A stretch of DNA of 64,000 nucleotides from Eledone cirrhosa (lineage: Eukaryota). Location: positions 11,842,001 through 11,906,000 of the forward strand of contig OZ024752.1 of the NCBI GenBank assembly GCA_964016885.1, in the 5' to 3' direction. The translations under genes and the position numbers were made by a program. Under the pieces are notes generated by a model, which was not told the DNA's origin, did not search any database, and saw only the letters and a program-made list of their open reading frames with translations. Position 1 is the stretch's first letter; each line of letters opens with the position of its first letter. Shown in pieces: positions 11,661 to 24,091 of the stretch.

Positions 11661-13374
11661 TGGGGCCTTTAAATATCAATGTACTGTTACTATACTTACA
11701 AACACTGATAACTATATCGGAGCCATATCTAACACGTTTAAGACCCAATTTTATTCACATCTGAATCCATGTAAAAACAAAAAACTTAAACCTCTCTCGC
11801 ACATTTTATTTGATTTAAAAAAATTCTAATATTGCTTATTCTCTAAAATGGTCAATGAAAGAAAAACGTTTATTTATTTTTTATTTTGTTATTTGATAAG
11901 AATAAATGAAAATATTGTTATATTTGGGGAGAGTCAAGTTGTCCTAATATTGCCCCCCCCCCCCCCCCCCAAAAAAAAATTTTGCAAAACAAATTCATCG
12001 CCGCTAAATAAAAATATTTAATGTACTGTAAACTGTAGGTGTACCAATATGTTTATTATAGATTGTAGATGTTATTGTTATAGTGTATTGTTATTGAAAG
12101 CTAAGCAATCAGCTAAATTTGTTGTCGAGAAAGATAGTTTGATAATGTTTTTTTTTTATAGTGGTATTTATGATTATGAGGAAAAAATCAGAGAATATTC
12201 AATGAATTTCCTTAGAGATTTGGTCTTAATTTTGTAAGCATAATCCGGCTGCGGACAAAGCACTCTCTGACTCTACACTTGTAGATCCAATGGAAGATAA
12301 GGCATTATAGATTTTATCAGATCTTTTCTGTTTTTTAATATTTCTAACTACTTGAATTCTCTGTTAGCATCAAAAGAAGAATTTTACGATTGGCATCTTC
12401 TCTAATGTTTCTGTTTTATTCAAATGATCTACTGCTTGCTGGATTAGTTTATTGTTCTAATCTCGCTGGGTCTGTATGGCAACCAGAAGCAGGCGTTGCT
12501 TCATTAACTGCTTGAATTCCGTTAGTTAATTAAATCTCCGCCTTCATTAAAATTCCTTTCAGCAATTTTCTCGAGTACAATTTTAAAAGTGGAAACAACT
12601 CTGCATATTAACTTTTCAACGTGAATATATTTTAGTTACCCTAACATGTCGGCGGCAAATTGGCAGAGTCGTTAGAACATCGGATAGAATGCTTTGTAGT
12701 ATTCATTTCGGTTTTCTACTCTCTGAGTTCAAATCCTGCCGAGGTCAACTTTGCCTTTAATCCATTTATGGTCGATAAAAAAATACCAGTCAAGTACTGG
12801 GTTCGATTCTTCCCCTATATCTCTTTCTCACTTCCTTTATCTTAATCTATCTATCCTTCTCTGGAAGAAATCTTCTGGATTCAGGCCTGGAGAAGAGATG
12901 GGCTCCACCAGGTTTTTAAAAGAAAATTCCCTTGAAACGCAGAATGTCAATAAGACGCCTCTACGACTTCTCGCGAGTTACGGGTCCATACCATACCATA
13001 CCACCTGTTATTTTGGAAAATAGCTACACATGCTTTCATTTCGGGACATTGCTAAATGTATATGCATATCTGAAATGTTCTTAATAATAAAATTCAAAAA
13101 GACTTCAGCGTTCAAAAACATTGTTTCTTCTGAAGTCGGGACTATGCTATTTTAAAGACATGAAGCACCGTACTGATGTCTGCCAACATTTCCTATTCTT
13201 TTGAACTAAAGAAATATTCGACGAATTCGCCTTAGTTAATTATTGCAGTGAAGCTATCTTGAAAAGATGAAATAAGTACCGCAAGATAATTGACAATATA
13301 TTTGTTTAATTTTTCATTTACGTCATCATTGTTTACAGATTCACATCAAAAGTCATTGGATGCAGTTATAAATC

Positions 13375-14295
13375 TTTAACTTGATCACAGTTACATTCCT
13401 TGTTTAACTTGATCACAGTTACATTCCTAGTTTAACTTGATCACAGTTACATTCCTGGTTTAACTTGATCACCGTTACATTCCTGGTTTAACTTGATCAC
13501 TGTTACATTCCTGGTTTAACTTGATCACTGTTACATTCCTAGTTTAACTTGATCGCTGTTATATTCCTGGTTTAACTTGATCGCAGTTACATTAATGGTT
13601 TAACTTGATCGGAGTTACATTAATGGTTTAACTTGATCAGTTACATTCCTGGTTTAACTTGATCACAGTTACTTTCCTGGTTTAACTTGATCACCGTTAC
13701 ATTCCTAGTTTAACTTGATCACTGTTACATTCCTAGTTTAACTTCATCACAGTTACATTCCTGGTTTAACTTGATCGGAGTTGCATTGTTTTAACTTGAT
13801 CAGTTACATTCCTGGTTTAACTTCATCACAGTTACTTTCCTAGTTTAACTTGATCACAGTTACTTTCCTGGTTTAACTTGATCACCGTTACATTCCTAGT
13901 TTAACTTGATCACCGTTACATTCCTAGTTTAACTTGATCACCGTTACATTCCTGGTTTAACTGGATCACTGTTACATTCCTGGTTTAACTTGATCACTGT
14001 TACATTCCTAGTTTAACTTGATCACTGTTACATTCCTAGTTTAACTTGATCACTGTTACATTCCTGGTTTAACTTGGTCACTGTTACATTCCTAGTTTAA
14101 CTTGATCACAGTTACTTTCCTGGTTTAACTTGATCACTGTTACATTCCTGGTTTAACTTGATCACTGTTACATTCCTAGTTTAACTTGATCACTGTTACA
14201 TTCCTGGTTTAACTGGATCACTGTTACATTCCTAGTTTAAATTGATCAATGTTACATTCCTGGTTTAACTTGATCATAGTTACTTTCCAGGGTTT
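13375..14295. repeat. 28-bp minisatellite, about 33 copies
   Basis: Unit TTTAACTTGATCACAGTTACATTCCTGG with variants. Confidence 0.95.
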
Positions 14296-14502
14296 ATTAT
14301 CAAGTGATTATTCAATGAGATCAGGTTCATGATATAATTTCTTTCTTCTATAAACTGAATTAGGAACTACAGAGAGCTAATGAGTAAGAAAGTGTTGATA
14401 TTGAGGACATTTTTCTCTTCAACTGATGGAAAGTTAGTTAAATATTATTATGTGAATATCAAAATCATGGCCTAAGTAAACTGTTTTATTTATACATATG
14501 AA

Positions 14503-14545
<43 letters not shown>

Positions 14546-14774
14546 TAGTACGGCTGATACTTAAATATAAGTATGTATACGTACATATGTATATATGTAT
14601 ACAGACGTACAGTAGTATGTATATATATACATACATGCACACATGTATATATGTACGTATGGGTTTACCGAACATTTATTATAATGTTCGGTTTGTTTGT
14701 AAACAAACACCCCGAATTAAGCCGTACAGTGTTCGGCAACCATCGTTGCCTTTTTGTTCAACACTGACAAAGGA

Positions 14775-14817
14775 ACGATGAACTAGTTTCAAGCTTATTA
14801 GCTATCGTCAGCACCGT
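14775..14817 (-). ncRNA. Minimal type I hammerhead ribozyme motif
   Basis: ACGGUG-CUGACGA-U-AGC-UAAUAA-GCU-U-GAAA-CUAG-UU-CAUCGU. It has a 6-bp stem I, an intact CUGANGA/GAAA core, a palindromic stem III and a predicted GUU cleavage site. Confidence 0.65.
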
Positions 14818-15150
14818 ATACCTTCCTGTCAGATGATTGAACGTTTGAAAGTATATAATAAATGTTCGGTAAACCCATACGTACATATATATATATGTGT
14901 GCATGTATGTATATATATACATACTACTGTACGTCTGTATACTTATATGTATATACGTATACATACTTATATTTAAGTATCATCCGTACTAAGAGTGAGA
15001 AATGAAATTTCATTTCATTCTTTTCCATTTATCGTTTTCGGTACGCCCGGCCGACTAACTCACTCGATATGTAAATTAGGCTGCTCAGCCGTTAATATGC
15101 ATAAGGAAAGTATATACTTTCAAACGTTCAATCATCTGACGGGAAGGTAT

Positions 15151-15193
15151 ACGGTGCTGACGATAGCAAATAAGCTTGAAACTAGTTCATTGT
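15151..15193 (+). ncRNA. Minimal type I hammerhead ribozyme motif (inverted copy)
   Basis: ACGGTG CTGACGA T AGC AAATAA GCT T GAAA CTAG TT CATTGT. Confidence 0.65.
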
Positions 15194-15947
15194 TCCTTTG
15201 TCAGTGTTGAACAAAAGGGCAACGATGGTTGCCGAATACTGTACGGCTTAATTCGGGCTGTTTGTTTACAAACAAACCGAACATTATAATAAATGTTCGG
15301 TAAACCCATACGTACATATATATATATATATGTGTGTGCATGTATGTATGTACGGTATACATACTTATATTTAAGTATCAGCCGTACTAAGCGTGAGAAA
15401 TTTCATTTCATTTCACTCTTTTCCATTTATATATATATATATATATATATACGGGGTAACAAATAATAGTTAAATGCAGTCCACTTAGGTAAAGTCCAGT
15501 TATGGTATTCCAGGTAGTGGATGATATTAACGCTTGGCTTGGTTTGACTCAACAAGGCGTTTTCATAGTGATGCTGCGGGTATGCCGTAATTCCTATGTT
15601 GTAAACACTTGGAGTAATAATAAATCAGGAAAGAACATACACAACATAGCTTTAAATTAGGATACCTACTACCCACAGAAATATATTCATTAAGTATACT
15701 ATATCCTTCACAAGTCTATACCACACAAATGTCTGTAAGTACCTCATCTACCAACAATCTTACTCCTTCTCAGCTGCTGCAATCATTTGATCCTGGATCC
15801 TAGTTTTTCTCATTTCACTACTACAATGTAACTTTACCTTCCTTTTGCAATGATTACAATTAGCACGCTTATCTCTTTGCATGTATGTATATTTTTGTAC
15901 GAGTGTATATTGATGTGTATGTATGTGTCTATGTACACATGCATGTG

Positions 15948-15996
<49 letters not shown>

Positions 15997-16364
15997 ATAT
16001 GCGTATATTACTTCATTAACCTCTGTATTAACTCAACAACTATTTAGCTTTGACAGTGTTGTCCCACTCATGTATACTATTGAAGTTGAAGAGAAAGACT
16101 GTAAACACTGGCTTATCTTTATAATTTAAAATTGATACACACTTCGATACTCTGTACATGCCAAACTCTTACTTTTGCCTCATGACAGCTAGTTTTACAC
16201 GCCGTAACGTTAGATACATTAAACCCCCCACCTAAGTAATGTCAGGGTCTCCTTAAATAATTTATTAATAGCATTGTTGTAATTGTTGTTATTGTTCTAA
16301 TTGAATGCCATAACTACTCCATATTTTCTTTTCTTTTCTTGCCTGTGTATTTTCTTCATTCTCG

Positions 16365-16477
16365 CATGCTCCGAAGATCTGACTGGTTATAATTTTGTAT
16401 TGGCGATCGAGTAACGCGAAAACAAGCGAATAGCGATCTCTAGACCTACCAGTTCAGAGAAACAATTGTCAGCTATG
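16365..16477 (+). ncRNA. Hammerhead-like motif with CCGA core and extended stem II
   Basis: GCT-CCGAAGA-TCTGACTGGT...(about 60 nt)...ACCAGTTCAGA-GAAA-CAATTG-TC-AGC. Confidence 0.5.
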
Positions 16478-16526
16478 AGATTAAAAACCTTTTTTGTATA
16501 GCAAACCATGTCAACCTTCTTTCCTG

Positions 16527-16609
<83 letters not shown>

Positions 16610-16748
16610 ATATTAACATTGACATATTTCTACATTACCAACAGCTTCCCTGTATAATGACGTCTGCCATCTTAGATATTTTAAATACTTCATCAAAACC
16701 AAAGTACATTCTGTCTAGATTGCTGTTTGTTTCATTTTCACTCATACT

Positions 16749-16749
<1 letters not shown>

Positions 16750-16794
<45 letters not shown>

Positions 16795-17518
16795 GGGGTT
16801 TTTGTGTGAATATGTATGTGTATGTGTGTCTTTGTGTGCGTATCTGTGTGGATTGTTGTATGTGAATATATGTATGTGTGTGTGTGCGTGGGTAGGTGTC
16901 TTTGTGTGCGTATCTGTGTGGATATTTGTATGTGAATATGTATGTCTTTGTGTGCGTATCTGTGGATTTTTGTGTATGAATATGTATGTATGTGTGTGTG
17001 TGTTTGTGTGTGTGGATGTTTGTGTGTGAATATATATAATATATATATATGTGCGTGTGTGTATATGTGTATGTATGTGTGTGGGGGGATTTGTGTATGA
17101 ATATGTATGTGCGTGTGTGTTTGTGTGTGTGGATGTTTGTGTGTGAATATATATAATATATATATATATATGCGTGTGTGGATTTTGTGTGTGAATATAT
17201 ATGTGTGTGTGTGCGTGGGTAGGTGTCTTTGTGTGCGTATCTGTGTGGATATTTGTATGTGTGTGTGTCTTTGTGTGCGTATCTGTGGATTTTTGTGTAT
17301 GAATATGTATGTGTGTGTGTGCGCGCGTGTGTGTTTGTGTGTGTGGATGTTTGTGTGTGAATATATATGTGTGTGTGTGCGTGGGTAGGTGTCTTTGTGT
17401 GCGTATCTGTGTGGATATTTGTATGTGTGTGTGTCTTTGTGTGCGTATCTGTGGATTTTTTGTGTATGAATATGTATGTGTGTGCGTGTGTGTTTGTGTG
17501 TGTGGATGTTTGTGTGTG

Positions 17519-17556
<38 letters not shown>

Positions 17557-17571
17557 GTGCGTGTGTGTGTG

Positions 17572-17606
<35 letters not shown>

Positions 17607-17632
17607 CTATGTTTGTGTTTGTATGTGTGTGC
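16750..17632. repeat. TG/TA-rich compound minisatellite
   Basis: Recurring GTCTTTGTGTGCGTATCTGTG units. Confidence 0.85.
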
Positions 17633-18405
17633 TTTAAATATATCCTAAATGAAAACGGAATAAGGCCGTTATCAGATTTAAGCAGAAAATTTAATTAGCA
17701 CAAAATTATTTTGTTTATCCACACAAGATAAGCTCGTCAGGTATTTACCTGAAACTGCCTAAAGACGCCCCTTTTCTTCTTCTGGTACATTCTGTTATAT
17801 TCTACTGAAGGGATGTTATGTTAAACAAATTATTACTAATGTGTATGGTGCTCTTTGGAGACCTTATACGTTATACACATTTTTGGCGGCTTCGTTGGCA
17901 ATTGTAATTAGCAATGTTGACAATTACACATAAATACACTCCATACCTCTACACTGCAGAGTCAATACACACACACATACTCACACACACACATACACAC
18001 ACGTATATATATATATGGAAAAGAATGAAACGAAATTTCATTTCTCACTCTTAGTACGGCTGAAACCTAAATATAAGTATGTATACGTACAGACGTACAG
18101 TAGTATGTATATATATATATACATACATGCACACACATATATATATATGTACGTATGGGTTTACCGAACATTTATTATAATGTTCGGTTTGTTTGTAAAC
18201 AAACAGCCCGAATTACGCCGTACAGTGCTAGGCAACCATCGTCGCCCTTTTGTTCAACACTGACGCAGGAACGATGTACTAGTTATAATAAATGTTCGGT
18301 AAACCCATACGTACATATATAAATATATATATATATGTGTGCATGTATGTATATATATGCATACTACTGTACGTCTGTACATATATATGTATGACCGTAT
18401 ACATA

Positions 18406-18472
<67 letters not shown>

Positions 18473-18475
<3 letters not shown>

Positions 18476-18663
18476 AACGTGTAGGACCCCGACGGCTGAG
18501 CTCAAGCCGTTTCGACGGCTAATTCTTGTCCAGAATTAGCCGTCGAAACGGCTTGAGCTCAGCCGTCGGGGTCCTACTCGTTCCTATTACCCACTCTACT
18601 ACCCTAAGTATTGAGTACTTTGGTGCGTTATGGTCCACCTGGTTCCTTAACACATTTCCTTCG

Positions 18664-18668
<5 letters not shown>
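18473..18668. mobile_element. Hairpin element in (TA)n (putative PLE terminus)
   Basis: Near-perfect hairpin at 18473-18587. Family members at 33706-33820, 44186-44325 (inverted) and 58137-58335, all adjacent to (TA)n. Confidence 0.7.
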
Positions 18669-18722
<54 letters not shown>

Positions 18723-18724
18723 AG

Positions 18725-18873
18725 TGTGTTAGGAAGGGCATCCAGAAAAGGTGCCAGATAGTCCTATATGAGCGAGACACGGTCACCCGACCAACCTTGC
18801 CTCAAGTGGGACAATTCCCGTCTAACCCATGCTAGCGTGGAAGATAGACGTTAAACGAAGATGATGATGATGA
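18725..18873 (+). mobile_element. 3' fragment of SINE/RTE-like tail ending in (GAT)n
   Basis: TTAGGAAGGGCATCCAG...GTCTAACCCATGCTAGCGTGGAAG...GATGATGAT. The same tail occurs at about 31795-32033, 36150-36443 and 54690-54950. Confidence 0.75.
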
Positions 18874-19827
18874 AATACAGTTGATCATCTCGCCAAACTT
18901 GTTGGCACCAACTCTCTGCCGCCAAAGAAATTCAGCTAAATACGAGGGGAATAAATCGTCGCTTGTCCCATGTTGTCGACGGAGCTTTTTCTTCGCACGG
19001 CTCCAAGTGTTCTCTATGAGTTGTGTGTGCACATTAGGGTCTTCAGGATCTACTAAGTTCCGTTGGTGCACAACAACATCATGGAGGTAAATGCCACCTT
19101 GAATTTCTTCAATATCCGAATAGGAAGCCCAACCATCGGACATGATGTGGCTTCCTGGCAAAATCCATTGCTGTATGATGGGGACAAGAGTCTCACGGCT
19201 TCGATCTGGGACTTCGATGAGGCAGCAGCGTCCAGAATGGCGTTCTACAGCGCCGAAGACCCAGTGGACTTGTCTCCACTGGCCACGATAATACTTTCTA
19301 TGAAAGTATTTTGATTCGTCGATCTTTACAATGATCGACGAACCATTCTCATCGAATCCTCCAAGCTGTTGAGGATTCGCCTCCAAATACTGCTCACAAA
19401 TTTCTCTAAGGAAATTGCACCAGTCTATAATTGTCGGCTTGCTAAGTCCTGTTTCTCTCATCATCTCAGTTTGGGCATGATCGTAGCACCACATATAGAT
19501 AATGCCAATAAGGTGTTCGAGTCGAACACGGCTTCGATAAAATATAGAATTCCGTCGCACCGATTGACTAAATTTGTCGCGGCCGCATCGCCATCTCCAT
19601 TTATCAATCCCCTCAGAATATCTTTGCAATGTGCACGCCTCATTGCAGACAGGACAATTCACACTGTTCGCCAACAGACGCCGACTCGCCAACCACTGTA
19701 ACATACACAACGTGTCACCGTGTATCGCCGGACACAGTGTATACACTGTTTCAAAATGATTAATAATGGCATTGGTATCCAAAATATCTTCAACTAAGGT
19801 AACGCGACCATACACTCGTCCAGCCAT
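18832..19827 (-). CDS. Merlin-superfamily (ISXO2/IS1595-like) DDE transposase, nearly complete
   Basis: N-terminal zinc ribbon (CPVC...WRC) and HTH-like region. Catalytic motifs IDES, SDGW and IENTW, plus WVFGAVER and YLAEFLWR. The last ~13 codons run into an unrelated (GAT)n retroposon tail. Confidence 0.9.
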   Translation of the reverse strand: MAGRVYGRVTLVEDILDTNAIINHFETVYTLCPAIHGDTLCMLQWLASRRLLANSVNCPVCNEACTLQRYSEGIDKWRWRCGRDKFSQSVRRNSIFYRSRVRLEHLIGIIYMWCYDHAQTEMMRETGLSKPTIIDWCNFLREICEQYLEANPQQLGGFDENGSSIIVKIDESKYFHRKYYRGQWRQVHWVFGAVERHSGRCCLIEVPDRSRETLVPIIQQWILPGSHIMSDGWASYSDIEEIQGGIYLHDVVVHQRNLVDPEDPNVHTQLIENTWSRAKKKLRRQHGTSDDLFPSYLAEFLWRQRVGANKFGEMINCISSSSSSFNVYLPR

Positions 19828-20341
19828 ATTTGATGTGACACTGTATTAGAATCCAGCCCTTCGGTGCTTCGTTTAAAAAAAATAAAATTTTCCCAGCCCT
19901 TCTGACGCCAATCTGCCTTTCTGACCCCAAGCTGCCCCTCTGACCCAAATCCCTTATCATTCTCTGTCCTTCTTATGACCCGACCTTAATTTCTTTGGGG
20001 ACAGAGAGTTGGTGCCAACAAGTTTGGCGAGATGTACAAACACATATATACACACAAACATATATATATACGTCTAAACCCATGCTTGCGTGGAAGATAG
20101 ACGTTAAACGATGATGATGACACAAACACATATATATATACAAACACACATATATATATATATATACATACAGACACACATATATATACACACACATACA
20201 CACCCACACACATATATATATTAAGAAATCCATACAATTGGGTGTGTATCGTAACTTTCACTATTGAGACATATTGTAAAAAAAAAAAATAAAAAATTCA
20301 GTGTCAAAAATTACTTTCACTTATCAGACTTGGCGTATGCC
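18874..20341 (-). mobile_element. Merlin DNA transposon, one end retained
   Basis: The terminus at 20341 (minus strand GGCATACG...AAGTGAAAGTAATTTTTGAC) matches the TIR of the MITE at 23329-23735. The other end is not visible. Confidence 0.75.
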
Positions 20342-20372
20342 TAAATATATATAATGAAATACACGCACATAT

Positions 20373-20408
<36 letters not shown>

Positions 20409-20454
20409 GCGTGTGCGCGCGCGCCTTAACAAATTTTGTCCGGACTGAGTGAAA

Positions 20455-20727
20455 AGTTTAAATGTATATATAATATAAAAGAAAGATATTTATTGGTTGG
20501 TTGGTTGGTTGGTTGGTTGGTTGAATAACACGAAAACTGCATACTCATACATCTAAAGAAAGGTTTAAATGTATATATAATATAAAAGAAAGATGTTTAT
20601 TGGTTGGTTGGTTGGTTGGTTGAATGACACGAAAACTGCATACTCATACATCTAAAGAAAGGTTTAAATGTATATATAATATAAAAGAAAGATGTTTATT
20701 GGTTGGTTGGTTGGTTGGTTGGTTGGT
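20455..20727. repeat. About 105-bp tandem repeat (2.5 copies) containing (TTGG)n
   Basis: GTTTAAATGTATATATAATATAAAAGAAAGAT occurs three times. Confidence 0.85.
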
Positions 20728-21884
20728 GTTATACTGACAGAGATACAATTAAAGTGTTAGATATTGAAATAGAGAGAGAGGGAGACGTCCCACAAAAGTA
20801 TCAGTTGAAGGTTTAACAATATTGCGTTAGCTTTTATAAAGTCGTTTTACAGTCTTTGATTTTACCGAACAAAGAAAAATTGATACTATTTGAAATTAAT
20901 CTACCTTCCAGCTTTAATCCATATACTACTTACAGACCATACTAACGACGTTAAACTCTTCAGTAGCAATGTTATGTGGTGTATTGCTGTGTTTCATATG
21001 ACTTCCTTTGGAGCTGAAAAAGATCATACTGACTGGTTATTTCACATTTAAAATCCAAGGCCAATGCTACTATTTAAACGGCAATTTACTCCCCCAGCCT
21101 AATAAGGAAGTTTTATGATTGTTTTTTTTTTTATGTCTCTCTCTCACTACACACACATTACGGTCTCACCTCATACCAGACAACACATTCAATACAGTCG
21201 TTTTCTCTTTTACCCGTCTTCACTTAACTGTTTTCCCGGGCGAAGCTGGGTATCTCGGCTAGTTAAGATATCATTTTAAAAAAGTGTATTGGACCTTCGT
21301 TCATTCGCAGGAGCTTCTTCTTCTTCTTCTTCTTCTTCTTCTTCTTCTTCTTCTTCTTCTTCTTCTTCTTCTTCTTCTTCTTCTTCTTCCACTTATTCCT
21401 GAGAGGGTCGTAAGGTGCAAAGTCCTCAAACAAGCTTTCCAGTGGGTCCTGTCAGAAGCTAGCGTCTCCAATTGATCCAGCTAGATCCCAAGGCGAGACC
21501 AGCCAAGCTCACGGATGTTATCCAACCATTTTGTTCGGGGTCTACCCCTGGGTGGGTCTTCTGTCGGGACTTCATCTTCACCCCCACTTATTCCTAAGTG
21601 AGTCGTGAGGACAGAATTTTTTTCAGACACGTTTTCCAGAACATCCTTTCAAAATCAACCTTCTCCATAGGAAGATACGACCCCACTCCAAATTCATAGA
21701 ACCAAATTCATGGAACCAAACTTATGAAATCAAATTTATAAAATCAAAAGGATATAAAAAAGAAAAAAGTACACAATGAAAACAGAAAGAAAGAAAAAAA
21801 GAATCTCAAAAGAAATTAAACAACGAATATAAAAAGTAAAGCTAAAACTGCATAAACAACGCAGAAAGATATTGTAAGTAAGAA

Positions 21885-22304
21885 ATGATTTCTAATTTAG
21901 GCACAAGGTCAGTAATTTGGGGGAGCGGAAAGTCGATTAAATCGACTCAGTACGTTACTGGTACTTTATTTTATCGACCCCGTAAGGATGAAAGGCAAGT
22001 TAACCTCGGCAGGATTTGAACTCAGACCGTAAAGGGTCGTAACTCTATGCTGAAAAGCATGGTGTCCGACTCTCTACCGATACTGCCAATTCACCGCCCT
22101 TGTAAATAAGAGATAATTGTTTCTACTTTTGGCACAAGGCCAGCAATTACCCAGTGCATTACTGGTACTTTATTTTATCGACCCCGTAAGGATGAAAGGC
22201 AAAGTTAACCTCGGCGGGATTTGAACTCAGAATGGCAAGGGCCGTAACTCTATGCGTCAAAGCATGGTGTCCGACTCTCTACCGATACTGCCAATTCACC
22301 GCCC
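21885..22304 (-). mobile_element. Two SINE family A copies
   Basis: Reverse-complement SINE A; CCCTTGTAAATAAGA is duplicated. Confidence 0.85.
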
Positions 22305-22664
22305 TTGTAAATAAGAAATAATGAAATCAAACCATGAAACATCATCTGAACACTAACTAACAAAAGCCGAACCACAACACAAATGAAAATATGAAAAACC
22401 TTTAAGAATAGAACATTCTTAAGATGGAAATTATAAACATAATAATGCCAATCGATACATTTTCCTATGGATTAAGGAAAGACTCTCCCAAATATATAAC
22501 TTAATGCAATAACAGTAAGAACAAAAAACGCAAAGCAACTCATTGTATATTTAATGAAATGTTCATAAACATCAATAACTCCAGTATATAGGGAACAATA
22601 TATTATGTAGCTACAATAGTTACACAATACACAGGATAATTGGTACTTATTCAGATCTACATAT

Positions 22665-23040
22665 AAACTGGCACTCCGTCGGTTGCGACGACGAGTGTTC
22701 CAGTTGATATCATCAACGGAACAGCTTGCTCGTCAAATGTGAAATTTACGTGCAAGTGGCTGAGCATTCCACAGACACGCGTACCCTTGATGACGAGTGT
22801 TCCAGTTGATCCGATCAACAGCGTATTCTTAACGTAGTTTTTCAGGGAGATTCAGTATAGCACAAAATGTGACAAAAGGCTAACCATTCGAACTACAGGT
22901 ACAACTCATTTTTGCCAGCTGAGTGGACTGGAGCAACGTGAAATAAAGTGTCTTGCTCAAAGACACAACACGCTGCCGGGAATCGAACTCACGACCTTAC
23001 GATTGTAAGCCGAATACGCTAACCACAAAGCCACGCACCT
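22665..23040 (-). mobile_element. SINE family B variant
   Basis: Reverse complement of the tRNA head and the core AAGACACTTTATTTCACGTTGCTCCAG, with a different 3' part. Confidence 0.75.
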
Positions 23041-23328
23041 TCACAGATCTAGGTATATAACAATATCAAGCCATAAACAACGTGGAAAGATACAGCGTTG
23101 CTAGGGTATTTTTACACCTGGCGGAGCCAATCTCTTCAGGTCTAAAACCAGCAGATTTCTTCCGGTGAAGGATAGAGAGTGAGAGAATGGACGTGAGAAA
23201 GAGATATAAAGGAAGAATCAACCCCAGTACTAGACTGGTACTTTTTTTTATTTACCTCGAAAGAATGAAAAGCAAAGTTGATCTCAGCGAGATTTGAACT
23301 CAGAGAGCTGGAACGAATACTGCAAAGA

Positions 23329-23735
23329 GGCATACGTCAAAACGGCCGGTCGCAAAAGTGAAACTAATTTTTGACGACAGTTACGTACGTCATTACTTTC
23401 AATTTGGATTGTGAATTTGTTTGTTTTTTGCGAGATGATCAACTGTATTTCAGCTATCTACAGGTTGTAATAAGGATTTTCAATATTTATTTATTTCAAC
23501 ACACAATGTCATTATTTAAAAAAAAAAAATTCCGTACACACAATACACAAAAAAAGAATTAAAAAAAATTATCACGTACACGCAATACTAATTAACACCA
23601 TCAACAAAATTCACTTTCACTATTGAGACCTGTTGTAAAAAAACAAACAAATTCACAATCCAAATTGAAAATAATGACGTATGTAACTGTCAAAAATTAG
23701 TTTCACTTTTGCGACCGGCCGTTTTGACGTATGCC
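23329..23735. mobile_element. Merlin-type MITE
   Basis: Long TIRs GGCATACGTCAAAACGGCCGGTCGCAAAAGTGAAACTAATTTTTGAC and a perfect 9-bp TSD CTGCAAAGA (23320-23328, 23736-23744). GG termini and 8-9-bp TSDs are Merlin hallmarks. Confidence 0.9.
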
Positions 23736-24091
23736 CTGCAAAGAATTCATTTCAATCTTTGGTGAAATCTATAATGAAAATACGTAGAAATATAACGCAA
23801 AAGAAACACTCTCGGCTCCCAAATAATAGGCGGGGTGGGGGGACATTTGCTTAAATTCTTATAAGCAGGGGGAGGGGTCGGTAAGCTTAAAATGCCCAAG
23901 AAACTTACTATGTCAATACGGTGCCTCTACGACTCTATTAGAGTAGGAGTATTCTGAGAGAGATCTCCGTTTTTCCACTCCATTTCTGACTAATGTTTAG
24001 ATCTTTAACCAGACTGTGCCGGATACAAAATCATGTTTGAGGACAATCAACAGTGGTTTAATGTGTGGCTAATAGCCTGGTATATATTCAA

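Larger units (their letters stand above)
14544..15430. mobile_element. Compound inverted-repeat element between (TA)n tracts (putative PLE terminus)
   Basis: The block at about 14544-14855 recurs inverted at about 15108-15390 and partly at 14855-14995. A related copy lies at 18015-18410. Confidence 0.7.

Noticed and set aside
12240-12620. Possible minus-strand RT remnant (also 1880-2215 and 61580-62140)
   Set aside because: Only vague motif resemblance with many stops; needs a profile search.
9113-14295. Regular arrays as CRISPR
   Set aside because: Head-to-tail units with no unique spacers, no cas genes and a eukaryotic context.
18832-19827. Bacterial IS1595 contamination
   Set aside because: It is embedded among host SINEs and microsatellites and has a cognate MITE in the same window, consistent with eukaryotic Merlin.
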